A stretch of DNA of 64,000 nt, taken from contig MHFR01000060.1 in NCBI GenBank assembly GCA_001804285.1, positions 34,442 to 98,441 on the forward strand, in the 5' to 3' direction. This stretch comes from Candidatus Danuiimicrobium aquiferis (GTDB taxonomy: Bacteria > Omnitrophota > Omnitrophia > Omnitrophales > Danuiimicrobiaceae). Below are positions 31,229-39,748 of this stretch, in pieces (within the stretch, counting starts at the first letter, position 1; every line of letters begins with the position of its first letter). The notes below the pieces were generated by a model. It was not told the origin of the DNA and ran no database searches. It saw only the letters and a list, made by a program, of their open reading frames with translations. Position numbers and translations under genes: made by a program.

Positions 31229-31334
31229 TACCTTTATGTTAAACACGATTTCCTGCTTTTGATCAATAGGACACGATAGAACATGGTAGGACATTTTAAT
31301 CTGTAACCCGAACACACCGTCCGGTATTATATTT

Positions 31335-32339
31335 TTAATCCACCGCTTTCGGTGCGCTCCACGTTCCATCGGGTTGGAGTTGGGAATAGGAAATAATGAT
31401 GTCGTTCTTATCAAAATCAATCACGGCAAAATATGCTTTCCTGCCGCCGTTCGAAAACGATACTTCAGAAATGATTTTATTTGTTCCAAAATGGACCGGC
31501 GCGGGATCTGTCCATTTGCCGTTTTTCATTTCCGAACGAAACGGCGTCAATTCATTAAACCTGCCGAAATAAATGGCAGTTTGATCGTCACTCACCCAAA
31601 TCAGATCCTCGTCACCGCGGTTGATATTCTGTCCCATATTCACGGCTACATCCCACGTCCCGTCCATGCGCCTGGAGGAATAATACAAATCCCGTTTCCC
31701 AAAACCGCCGATCCGGTCCGACATAAAATAAAGCGTCATCCCGTTTTTTGAAATGTGAGGGTTGTCCTCGTGAAACTTGGTATTGACGGACGGTCCCAAC
31801 CACTCCGGGCGTCCCCATCCCGCACCCGGATTTTTTTTGGCCATATAAATATCCATTTTAGGCGAACCGGGCGGGTTCGGTTTTGCAAAATAAAACTGGT
31901 TGCCATCCGCTGACGGCATCCCGCAGCAGTCACCGGTCTCATTATTAAACGGAAGATTCACCGGCGCCCCCCACGTCCCATCGGGGTTCTTCGTGGAAAC
32001 ATAGAGGTCCGCATCCTCCCACGGACTTGCGTTGTGATGATGTCCGGGGCGATCGGGTCCGGCTTTCACGGGAAATTTTTCGCCTTTAAAGGTCGGAAAG
32101 AAATTCCACGGCGTATACATGAAATATAATTTCTGGTCGTCCGGTGTCACATACGGCGAATCCTCCCAGCCGCGGGTATTAATTTTGGCTGGGCTACACC
32201 CCGGTGCCGCGATGTCCACACACGATGCCGGCGTTGCCGGCCCGAGTGCTTTTTTCGACGATCCGGCAAACACATCGAACGAAACCAAAACGAAGAAACT
32301 TAGGCAAGATAAAAACAGAACCATTCTTTTCTTTTCCAT
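31335..32339 (-). CDS. Secreted PD40/TolB-like beta-propeller repeat protein
   Basis: Signal peptide. Repeated 'LYF.SDR.GG.GKRDLYYS'-type PD40 motifs. Confidence 0.6.
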   Translation of the reverse strand: MEKKRMVLFLSCLSFFVLVSFDVFAGSSKKALGPATPASCVDIAAPGCSPAKINTRGWEDSPYVTPDDQKLYFMYTPWNFFPTFKGEKFPVKAGPDRPGHHHNASPWEDADLYVSTKNPDGTWGAPVNLPFNNETGDCCGMPSADGNQFYFAKPNPPGSPKMDIYMAKKNPGAGWGRPEWLGPSVNTKFHEDNPHISKNGMTLYFMSDRIGGFGKRDLYYSSRRMDGTWDVAVNMGQNINRGDEDLIWVSDDQTAIYFGRFNELTPFRSEMKNGKWTDPAPVHFGTNKIISEVSFSNGGRKAYFAVIDFDKNDIIISYSQLQPDGTWSAPKAVD

Positions 32340-32490
32340 AAAATCTTCACTTTTTGTTTGTTAACGTTTTGGCCGAACGGCCAACGCATACCGGACGCGG
32401 CGTCCGGTATCAGGCATCAATCAAGTGAATAACATCAAGCCTGTCCCCTTCATCTACACCTGGCACCTTTATTTTGCATCATGAGGATGG

Positions 32491-32823
32491 TTAACAATCT
32501 TTCCGGGAGGCGTACGTAAAGCAAAAGAAATATTTTCGCCATGAAGCTTCGGTGGATGAGAATTCATTTGTCCCAACGAAAAAGTCAACTAACGCTTCAC
32601 GCATACGCGCAATCTCCCTAAGCCGCGTTTTGTTTCTTGCGTCATCGATCGTCAAATCGATCAATTCGAGCGCCCGTTCGAATGCTTTTTGCGTGTACAT
32701 GTCATTGTGTTTGATCCGCCAATTGATAGACCGTTCAACTTCACTGCCAATATTGGCCATTTGTTCGATAAATCTGAGTTGGCTCCAGCGGCCTTCAGCA
32801 AGTTGTTTGTGTTGAATGGTCAT
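32491..32823 (-). CDS. Conserved hypothetical helical protein (downstream member of an overlapping two-gene module)
   Basis: 110 aa, 'MTIQHKQLAEGRWSQLRFIEQMANIGSEVERSINW...'. 4-nt overlap with the upstream gene. Confidence 0.5.
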   Translation of the reverse strand: MTIQHKQLAEGRWSQLRFIEQMANIGSEVERSINWRIKHNDMYTQKAFERALELIDLTIDDARNKTRLREIARMREALVDFFVGTNEFSSTEASWRKYFFCFTYASRKDC

Positions 32824-33161
32824 CCTGTAATCCTCTTGGCAACCATCGCCAAAATCTTTTCCCGAAGGGCCTGATTTTCAACGCCTCGACTCTTATTTCC
32901 CTGAGATGGCCGCATATTAATCATCGAATCAAATTCAACAAACTCGTCTTCCTGCGCTTCGGGATATAGGTTAAGTCCCCAAAGATTTTTCTGTTTCGAT
33001 CCGTCTTCAAGAAGCAGCGCCTCCAAATCAGCATGGAGTTCTGCATCTACCGCAATCAGCTCTCTTTCAACATCAGCAACCGCTTTTACCATATCCCCAA
33101 ATAAACTGGCGGCGATGTGTTTTAATTCAGTCAAGGTTAATGATTCACGTATGATGAGCAT
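32820..33161 (-). CDS. Conserved hypothetical protein (upstream member of the two-gene module)
   Basis: 113 aa, 'MLIIRESLTLTELKHIAASLFGDMVKAVADVERELIAVDAELHADLEALLLEDGS...EFDSMINMRPSQGNKSRGV'. Confidence 0.5.
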   Translation of the reverse strand: MLIIRESLTLTELKHIAASLFGDMVKAVADVERELIAVDAELHADLEALLLEDGSKQKNLWGLNLYPEAQEDEFVEFDSMINMRPSQGNKSRGVENQALREKILAMVAKRITG

Positions 33162-33367
33162 AAAAAGGTTAGATGCAGTTTAATATTAAACTAAATTTTG
33201 GGCTCTCCGGTACAAACTGTTACCCATGTGTCCGGTACGGACCATTTGGGTAGTCTCGGGGCGGCCATGACTCTCATTTAAATATATTTTCTTTTATTCA
33301 TCGGAAGTCATGACTGTCCATAGGCTTTCATTGGAAAACAATATTAAACTATTTATTAAGGTAGTTT

Positions 33368-33440
33368 CGGGGCGGTAGGATTTGAACCTACGACCTCACG
33401 GTCCCGAACCGTGCGCGATACCAAACTTCGCTACGCCCCG
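33368..33440 (-). tRNA. tRNA-Pro (anticodon CGG), no encoded CCA; acceptor stem extended by 8 bp of complementary 5'/3' flank
   Basis: Reverse complement: GGGGCGTAGCGAAGTTTGGTATCGCGCACGGTTCGGGACCGTGAGGTCGTAGGTTCAAATCCTACCGCCCCGA. Anticodon loop TTCGGGA. Confidence 0.9.
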
Positions 33441-33699
33441 AAACTACATTAAGAAGAAAACAAAGCCATGCATCAATCAAAGTTTCGGGCAGTGCTTGAG
33501 CGACCTCTGCTAATTTCAATCAATGCTCAAGTGCGCCCCGAAACTACATTTCAAATAATATACAATCCGGGCACCTGCCGCTCATGCACCGCATAACGTC
33601 CTTTAACATTTTTCACAGCTAAAAGCCAACAGCTGACCGCTAAAGATTACGTATTATATTGTTTTTTAACAGAATTAGAAGAAAAGATTTCAGACGATT

Positions 33700-35070
33700 T
33701 TAGATCTTGAAATAATCGATGATCCACGCCGCATCCTTTGAAGAGGCCCGGTTCCAGCTCTCGATCAATTGATCCGCCGGCGATTTCCCCGGACCGGTAA
33801 TTTCTTCTTTAAGCGGTCCGAGATAAATACTCTCATCGCGGCCCTTTTCATTCACCATGGCCATCCGTTTGAGTCCGGCTTCACTCATTGCAACAAGCTC
33901 ACGCGCATAATCGAGTACACAGTTCTTCTCCATTTTTGCGCGCAAGCCCTCCTTCTCGATCGATTCACGAAGTTGAACAAACGTTTCCCGGCAAAACGGC
34001 TTCAATAATTTTTCAGCATCCTTCATTGCCCGATCATCATAAAGAATTCCTTTCCAGAATGCCGCCACGGAAGGAATCAATTGACACCGCTGGCCGTCCA
34101 TGCCGCGCACTTCAACATAATGTTTAAACCGCGCGTCCGTAAAAATCGTGCTCAAATGAAGATCAAAATCTTCACGCGTCGGATAAATCCCCTCATAACC
34201 GTTTTCAATAAAGTGACGAAACGTCAAATTCTTCACGGGTAACCAGTCATCACTGCGGACCACAAACATGACCGGCACATCCAAAACATAATTTAAATAA
34301 TCATCAAACGTACATTTTTGGCAGACAAGATCGAGCACGAGGCCAGTACGATCGGGATCCGTATGACGCCAAATATAAAGGCGTTCCGATTGAAAACCGG
34401 ATAACTTCCCGCTGGAAAAAGCGCTGTTCGAAAACATAGCGGCGGCAAACGGAGTCACTGCCAGAATGAGCCGCATTTTTTCGATGGCGTCCTGTTCGTC
34501 CCGGTAATCGAGATTGACCTGATCCGTGGCGGTTCGTTTCATCATGTCATGCGCACGGGCACCTTTTTGGATGAGGTAATCCGCCATGATTCGGTAGCGT
34601 TTTTTCGGAACCCATTCGATAGATTCAAGCCCGGAAAACGGATGAATCCCGCAGGCAAGCCACGAAATTTTTCCCAAAATTTGTGCAGCTATTTTTAATT
34701 GAAAGAAAAAATCATTCAACTGCGACTTCGCTTCATGGATGCTTCGAACAGGTTCACCGCTTAGTTCAATCTGTCCGCCGGGCTCGAGCGTAATCATTGT
34801 ATGCCCTTTTTGCAGGGCAATCGTGCGATCCCCTTCTTGAATGGGTGTGTAGCCGAATTCCCGGGAAAGCACCCGCAGCACCGCTTCCACGCCCCGCTTT
34901 CCGGAATAAGGCAGTGCTTCCGCCGTTTCAGAATGAACACCGAAAATTTCACATTCAATACCGATTTTTTCCGCTCCCGCAGGCTTTCCAAATTCCTGAA
35001 AATAGCCTCGCAAATCCTCTACCGAATGAATGGGGATCGCTCGAGAATTGGTGTGTAAAAAAGTACTCAT
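33700..35070 (-). CDS. gshA: Glutamate--cysteine ligase (gamma-glutamylcysteine synthetase, plant/proteobacterial GCS2 type); start taken at 'MSTFLHTNS'
   Basis: About 457 aa. 'IGIECEIFGV', 'LEPGGQIELSG' motifs of the GCL family. Divergently paired with gshB. Confidence 0.65.
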   Translation of the reverse strand: MSTFLHTNSRAIPIHSVEDLRGYFQEFGKPAGAEKIGIECEIFGVHSETAEALPYSGKRGVEAVLRVLSREFGYTPIQEGDRTIALQKGHTMITLEPGGQIELSGEPVRSIHEAKSQLNDFFFQLKIAAQILGKISWLACGIHPFSGLESIEWVPKKRYRIMADYLIQKGARAHDMMKRTATDQVNLDYRDEQDAIEKMRLILAVTPFAAAMFSNSAFSSGKLSGFQSERLYIWRHTDPDRTGLVLDLVCQKCTFDDYLNYVLDVPVMFVVRSDDWLPVKNLTFRHFIENGYEGIYPTREDFDLHLSTIFTDARFKHYVEVRGMDGQRCQLIPSVAAFWKGILYDDRAMKDAEKLLKPFCRETFVQLRESIEKEGLRAKMEKNCVLDYARELVAMSEAGLKRMAMVNEKGRDESIYLGPLKEEITGPGKSPADQLIESWNRASSKDAAWIIDYFKI

Positions 35071-35113
35071 CTCAGCATGCCTTTTTCTTAAATTTGCCTT
35101 ATAATACTGCCTT

Positions 35114-36106
35114 ATGATAGCCCAAGGACAAAGGAAAGACAACCCGAAACAGCCGGTAAAAGCACTCTCCATAGGGTTCGTCATGGATCCGATGGAACAT
35201 ATTGATATTCAATATGATAGTTCGGTTTCGCTGATGATGGAGGCTGAAAAACGCGGCCACCGGATCTATTATTTCGAACCTCGGGATATTTACACTCAGA
35301 ATCATGAACTTCTGGGATGCGCGCGAAAAATTTCAATTCCGGCCCGAAAAACGGGCTTCCGGGTCCTTTCCACAGAACGGGTTTATCTAAAAAATTTGGA
35401 TGTTCTGTTCATTCGAAAAGATCCTCCGTTCGACTTATCTTACCTGTATCTCATGCAAATCCTGACCCTCATTGAAAAAGACGTTTTTGTCATTAATTCC
35501 GCACACGGAATCGAGCGGGCCAATGAAAAACTTTATATCCTTGAATTTCCCCGGTGGATTCCACCGACCACCGTCACCAATGATCCTTTGCGGATCGAAG
35601 AATTTCAAAAAAAAATAAAGTCCGATATCATTATAAAACCGCTTGATCAAAAAGGAGGTGCAGGAATTAAACTCCTTCCGTTCCGTTTGTCGAACAGCCG
35701 CCAAGCTTTGAACCGAATGACCCGGCACGGAACAAAATGGGTCATGGTTCAAAAATTCATTAAGGCGAGCCGCACAAAAGGCGATAAACGAATTTTACTT
35801 TTAAACGGAAATGTACTCGGGCAATTCCGCAGAATTCCGGTCCGTGGTGAATTCCGCGCTAATTTATCCCTGGGAGGAATGGAAGCGAAAGCAACTTTAA
35901 CCAACCGCGAACGGAAAATGGTTCGCGCAATTCGGCCCAAGCTGATTCGAGACGGGCTTTATTTCGTGGGGATTGATATTGTTGACGGTTATTTAATTGA
36001 AATTAATGTGACCAGTCCGGCCGGGCTTACCGTGCTTGAGGCACTCGACGGAAAGCGGCTTGAGCCGAAAGTGATTGATTTTGCTGAATCCCGGGTTTTG
36101 CATTAG
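35114..36106 (+). CDS. gshB: Glutathione synthetase (prokaryotic ATP-grasp type)
   Basis: Aligns along the E. coli GshB sequence: 'SIGFVMDPMEHIDIQYDSSVSLMMEAEKRGH', 'RKDPPFD', 'IIKPLDQKGGAGI', 'GDKRILLLNG', 'EINVTSP'. The stop TAG lies inside repeat B2. Confidence 0.85.
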   Translation: MIAQGQRKDNPKQPVKALSIGFVMDPMEHIDIQYDSSVSLMMEAEKRGHRIYYFEPRDIYTQNHELLGCARKISIPARKTGFRVLSTERVYLKNLDVLFIRKDPPFDLSYLYLMQILTLIEKDVFVINSAHGIERANEKLYILEFPRWIPPTTVTNDPLRIEEFQKKIKSDIIIKPLDQKGGAGIKLLPFRLSNSRQALNRMTRHGTKWVMVQKFIKASRTKGDKRILLLNGNVLGQFRRIPVRGEFRANLSLGGMEAKATLTNRERKMVRAIRPKLIRDGLYFVGIDIVDGYLIEINVTSPAGLTVLEALDGKRLEPKVIDFAESRVLH

Positions 36107-36308
36107 CCCGGATTTCGCATCTTTAATAAGAAATTCCGCTCATAAGAGCTGCGGTGCAAAGATGGTTTGTATCTTTGCGACGCAGGGCTTATCTTTTGCG
36201 CCCTTGTTAAATCAGGGCGCAAAACTTTGGGCCACCTGATTGCGCCCAAAGCGACTTTCTCGTCGATTCACGAAATCGATGAGAAAGTCGGGTTAGCCCG
36301 GATTTCTC
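36104..36308. repeat. Family B MITE-like element, full copy B2 (about 205 bp; five consecutive hairpin modules; termini TAGCCCGGATTTC...GAGAAAGTCGGGTTA)
   Basis: Sits between convergent gshB and ftsI. It provides the gshB stop codon, and the last ~13 codons plus stop of ftsI ('GEIRANPTFSSIS*'). Confidence 0.85.
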
Positions 36309-38028
36309 CGGTTCCCGCCGCGGCTTCGCCTTCCTTCACCGCAGGCGGCACATATCCTAAATACCATAAACTGCGTTCAATCACCGATTTGAAAACCGGC
36401 GCAGCCACGGTTCCACCGTAATAAAGCGGATGGGGATCATCAATTCCCACAAACATGGCAAGCTGGGGATCTTCCACCGGCGCAAATCCGATAAAACTGC
36501 CGATAAAATGCGAATGCGAATAAGTTCCATTCGGCTCAAGCTTCTGAGAAGTCCCTGTTTTTCCGCCGGCACGGATATCAGTCATATATGCACCTTTTCC
36601 GGTTCCCTCGCTCACCACTCGTTCCAAAATCCCTTTGACCGTTTCAGCCACAGCCGGCGAAACGATCGGACCCCGGAGTTCCGGCTCCCGATGTGACAAT
36701 ACGACGCCTTTTGAATCCTTGATTTCTTTCAATAAGTAGGGTTTCACCAAATATCCGCCATTTGCAATCACGCTCACCGCGCGCACCATTTGAAGCGCAG
36801 TTGCAGCGACTTCCTGGCCATATGGAATAGACGTAATCGAAAATTTTGACCATCTATCCAACGGCCGGAAAATGCCGACCACTTCTCCGGGAAAATCAAT
36901 ACCTGTTTTATCGCCAAAACCGAATTTCTTGACATACTCGTAAAGTTTTTTATCTCCAAGTTTCATTGCAATTTTAACCGTCCCGATATTGCTTGATTTA
37001 ATGAGAACCATCGGCACGTCTAAAATTCCGTAAGGATGCACATCATGAATCGTTCGGTTAGGACGGGCACGCCAAAACCCTTGTTCGCAATTAAATGTGT
37101 CTGTTAACTGAATCGCTTTTTCCTGAAGCGCACCCGTCACCGTTACAATTTTAAAAACAGAACCCGGCTCAAAGATATCCGTCACGGGCCGGTTGCGGCG
37201 GCTTGCCGTATCGGATTTCCCGCGAAAATTCGGATCGAATGTCGGCCGCGATGCCATGGCAAGAATCTCACCCGTCTTCGGGTTCATCACGACTGCAATC
37301 GCAGCTTTCGCTTTCCATTGTAAAAACGCCTCATTCAAAGCCTGCTCTGTGTAAAATTGAATATGCTTATCAATGGTCAGAATCAAATCAGCGCCATCAA
37401 CCGCCGGAATTAATTTTTGCTCCATTGAAACGATTTCCCGGCCAAGCGCATCCCGTTTCGTATAGCGATATCCCGTCCTTCCGGATAGTTCGCGTTCATA
37501 AAGCATTTCGAGGCCGTCCACTCCTTTGTTATCAATATCACAGAAACCGAGGATATTCGAAAGCATCTCACTATGAGGATAAAACCGTTTACTTTCGTAA
37601 GCCACTCCGAGCACCGGATTCTCCAAACTCATGATTTCTTCTGCTTCTTTCACAGCCGTTCTGCGTTTAAGCCATACAAATGATTTATCGCGCAAAAGCC
37701 GGTCCGATAAATATTTCTGATCGAGCCCGAGAATCCGGCTGAGAATGGCTGCCAATTTTTTTATGTTGGATTTTGAAATCAACCTGGGCACGGCATAAAT
37801 AGAGGGGGATCTCAAGTTGGTAGCAAGCACTTGCATGCGATGATCATAAATAACGCCACGCTCTGGAGGAATTTCAATCACAAGATTGTGCTGTCGTTCG
37901 GCAAAATCAGTCAACATTTCCTGATTCCGAACCGTCAACCGGAAAAGCTGGTAAAAAATCAGAAGGAATAGAATCACAACGGAAATATACAACAGTAAAA
38001 TGCGTCTTTTAAAACTTTTCGCGAGCAT
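36268..38028 (-). CDS. ftsI: Peptidoglycan D,D-transpeptidase FtsI / PBP3-class penicillin-binding protein
   Basis: N-terminal TM, PBP dimerisation domain, transpeptidase motifs ('SVFK' SxxK, 'SSN', 'KTGT'). Located after ftsL in the dcw cluster. Confidence 0.85.
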   Translation of the reverse strand: MLAKSFKRRILLLYISVVILFLLIFYQLFRLTVRNQEMLTDFAERQHNLVIEIPPERGVIYDHRMQVLATNLRSPSIYAVPRLISKSNIKKLAAILSRILGLDQKYLSDRLLRDKSFVWLKRRTAVKEAEEIMSLENPVLGVAYESKRFYPHSEMLSNILGFCDIDNKGVDGLEMLYERELSGRTGYRYTKRDALGREIVSMEQKLIPAVDGADLILTIDKHIQFYTEQALNEAFLQWKAKAAIAVVMNPKTGEILAMASRPTFDPNFRGKSDTASRRNRPVTDIFEPGSVFKIVTVTGALQEKAIQLTDTFNCEQGFWRARPNRTIHDVHPYGILDVPMVLIKSSNIGTVKIAMKLGDKKLYEYVKKFGFGDKTGIDFPGEVVGIFRPLDRWSKFSITSIPYGQEVAATALQMVRAVSVIANGGYLVKPYLLKEIKDSKGVVLSHREPELRGPIVSPAVAETVKGILERVVSEGTGKGAYMTDIRAGGKTGTSQKLEPNGTYSHSHFIGSFIGFAPVEDPQLAMFVGIDDPHPLYYGGTVAAPVFKSVIERSLWYLGYVPPAVKEGEAAAGTGEIRANPTFSSIS

Positions 38029-38029
38029 C

Positions 38030-38401
38030 CTACTTGGAGGGTTTTGCCTGGGCTTCCTTTACCGCACTCAGCGCGGCAAGAAAACCCGTCTTCGCAGGCA
38101 TTTTAGGTTCAATCGCCGGAGTCATGACTTTATCAATTTTCACCTTAATGACATCCGCTACTTTTGGGTTGGTTAAATCGAGAGAGCAATGTTTCATTTG
38201 TTTGTCGAGGAACTCAGGAGATCTCAACCGCTCATTCCGGAAACGTGCTATTTTATATTGTTCGCTCAATTGTACCAATTCGCGTTCTTTTTTGCCGATC
38301 GAATATGACACCCGGAAGATTTCGGTTTGAACATGAACGTACAATAAAAGAAGAATGGTCCCGCAAATAATAAATGAGAATATTTTCTTCTGAATATACA
38401 T
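38030..38401 (-). CDS. ftsL: Cell division protein FtsL-like (single-TM, coiled-coil)
   Basis: 123 aa, one TM segment, position between rsmH and ftsI. Confidence 0.55.
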   Translation of the reverse strand: MYIQKKIFSFIICGTILLLLYVHVQTEIFRVSYSIGKKERELVQLSEQYKIARFRNERLRSPEFLDKQMKHCSLDLTNPKVADVIKVKIDKVMTPAIEPKMPAKTGFLAALSAVKEAQAKPSK

Positions 38402-38403
38402 AA

Positions 38404-39288
38404 TTATTTCACCCGTTTAATCACACGCAATTTCGCCGACCGCGACATGCTATTGTGCAATATTTCTTCTTCGCCCGGACAAACCGGCTTTTTCGTTAAA
38501 ATAACACCCCGCGATTCAGTTTTCATTCGCTTGAAAAAGTGTTTAACGATCCGATCTTCAAGCGAATGAAAACTAATCACTGAAAGTTTACCATTTATCA
38601 CCAAGGAGTCAAACGCTTTTGGCAACGCTTCGGTCAATTGATTGAGTTCATCATTCACGGCAATGCGAAGCGCCTGAAAAACCCGCGTTGCCGGGTGGAT
38701 TCTTCCATACCGGAAACGTGCCGGTGTCAAATTGAAAATCAGTTCCGCCAAATCTTTCGTTGTTTGAATTTCTTTTTTCGTCCGTTCGCGAACGATCGCA
38801 CGAGCAATTGAACGCGCATGCCGTTCCTCACCATATTCATAAAATATCGTACTCAATTCTTCTTCGGATGAATCATGGATCAACTCAGCGGCCGTACGCC
38901 CACTGGTTTGATCCATTCGCATATCAAGAGGCCCGTCACGGAGAAAGCTGAATCCACGTCCGGCATCCTCAATCTGATCCAAACAAAATCCTACATCTAA
39001 AAGAACGGCATCCACACGTGGCATATTGAGAGAAACCAGTATTTCGTCTAAACGACCGAATTGGGAATGTTTCAGGATAAAGGGTTGATTTAGCTTATTA
39101 AGCCGTTCGCGGGACCGCGCTATCGCTTGTTCGTCTTGGTCTAAACCGATGAAATAACCCGTAGAACCGATTACACGCATGATGGCTTCGGCGTGTCCAC
39201 CGCTTCCGACCGTTCCGTCCAAGACAATGTTTCCCGGACGTAAATCCAAAAGCGTTATAACTTCTTTAAGTAAAACCGGTACATGCAA
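38404..39288 (-). CDS. rsmH: 16S rRNA (cytosine1402-N4)-methyltransferase
   Basis: 'HVPVLLKEV...DGTVGSGGH' MraW signature. Confidence 0.9.
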   Translation of the reverse strand: MHVPVLLKEVITLLDLRPGNIVLDGTVGSGGHAEAIMRVIGSTGYFIGLDQDEQAIARSRERLNKLNQPFILKHSQFGRLDEILVSLNMPRVDAVLLDVGFCLDQIEDAGRGFSFLRDGPLDMRMDQTSGRTAAELIHDSSEEELSTIFYEYGEERHARSIARAIVRERTKKEIQTTKDLAELIFNLTPARFRYGRIHPATRVFQALRIAVNDELNQLTEALPKAFDSLVINGKLSVISFHSLEDRIVKHFFKRMKTESRGVILTKKPVCPGEEEILHNSMSRSAKLRVIKRVK

Positions 39289-39385
39289 TCTAAATCTCCG
39301 TTAAATATGAATGGATAAGAACAAATCCCCGTTGATCACATGACCTGAAATCTTATAATCCATTGTCAAAAAAGCAAAAAACCTC

Positions 39386-39733
39386 TTAAGCGTGCTTAAA
39401 ACTCTGCACACCTTCCTCCTCGTTTGAATACGTCTCAATCATGTCATCGATCCCCAAGTAATGCAGCATTTCCTGAACTTTCGGCTGCAAATTAACCAAC
39501 CGAATGTCGCCCCTGAGAGACCGGACTTTTTGAATCCGCTCAACGAGAATGCTGATCCCTGCAACGTCAATCCAACGCGCGCGCTTAAGATCTAAAAGAA
39601 AATAGCGATGATTTTGATTCACCAACCGGCTTAACCGATTTTTAAGATGAACCATCTGCGTAGCGTTGAGATTTCCTCCGCAACGGACAACATCCACCGG
39701 ATTTTTTCCGTTTCCGTTCAATCGATACCCCAT
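39386..39733 (-). CDS. STAS-domain protein (anti-sigma-factor antagonist, SpoIIAA-like)
   Basis: 115 aa. 'YFLLDLKRARWIDVAGISILVERIQKVRSLRGDIRLVNLQPKVQEMLHYLGID' STAS fold pattern. Confidence 0.65.
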   Translation of the reverse strand: MGYRLNGNGKNPVDVVRCGGNLNATQMVHLKNRLSRLVNQNHRYFLLDLKRARWIDVAGISILVERIQKVRSLRGDIRLVNLQPKVQEMLHYLGIDDMIETYSNEEEGVQSFKHA

Positions 39734-39748
39734 GATTCCTTCCTTTCT

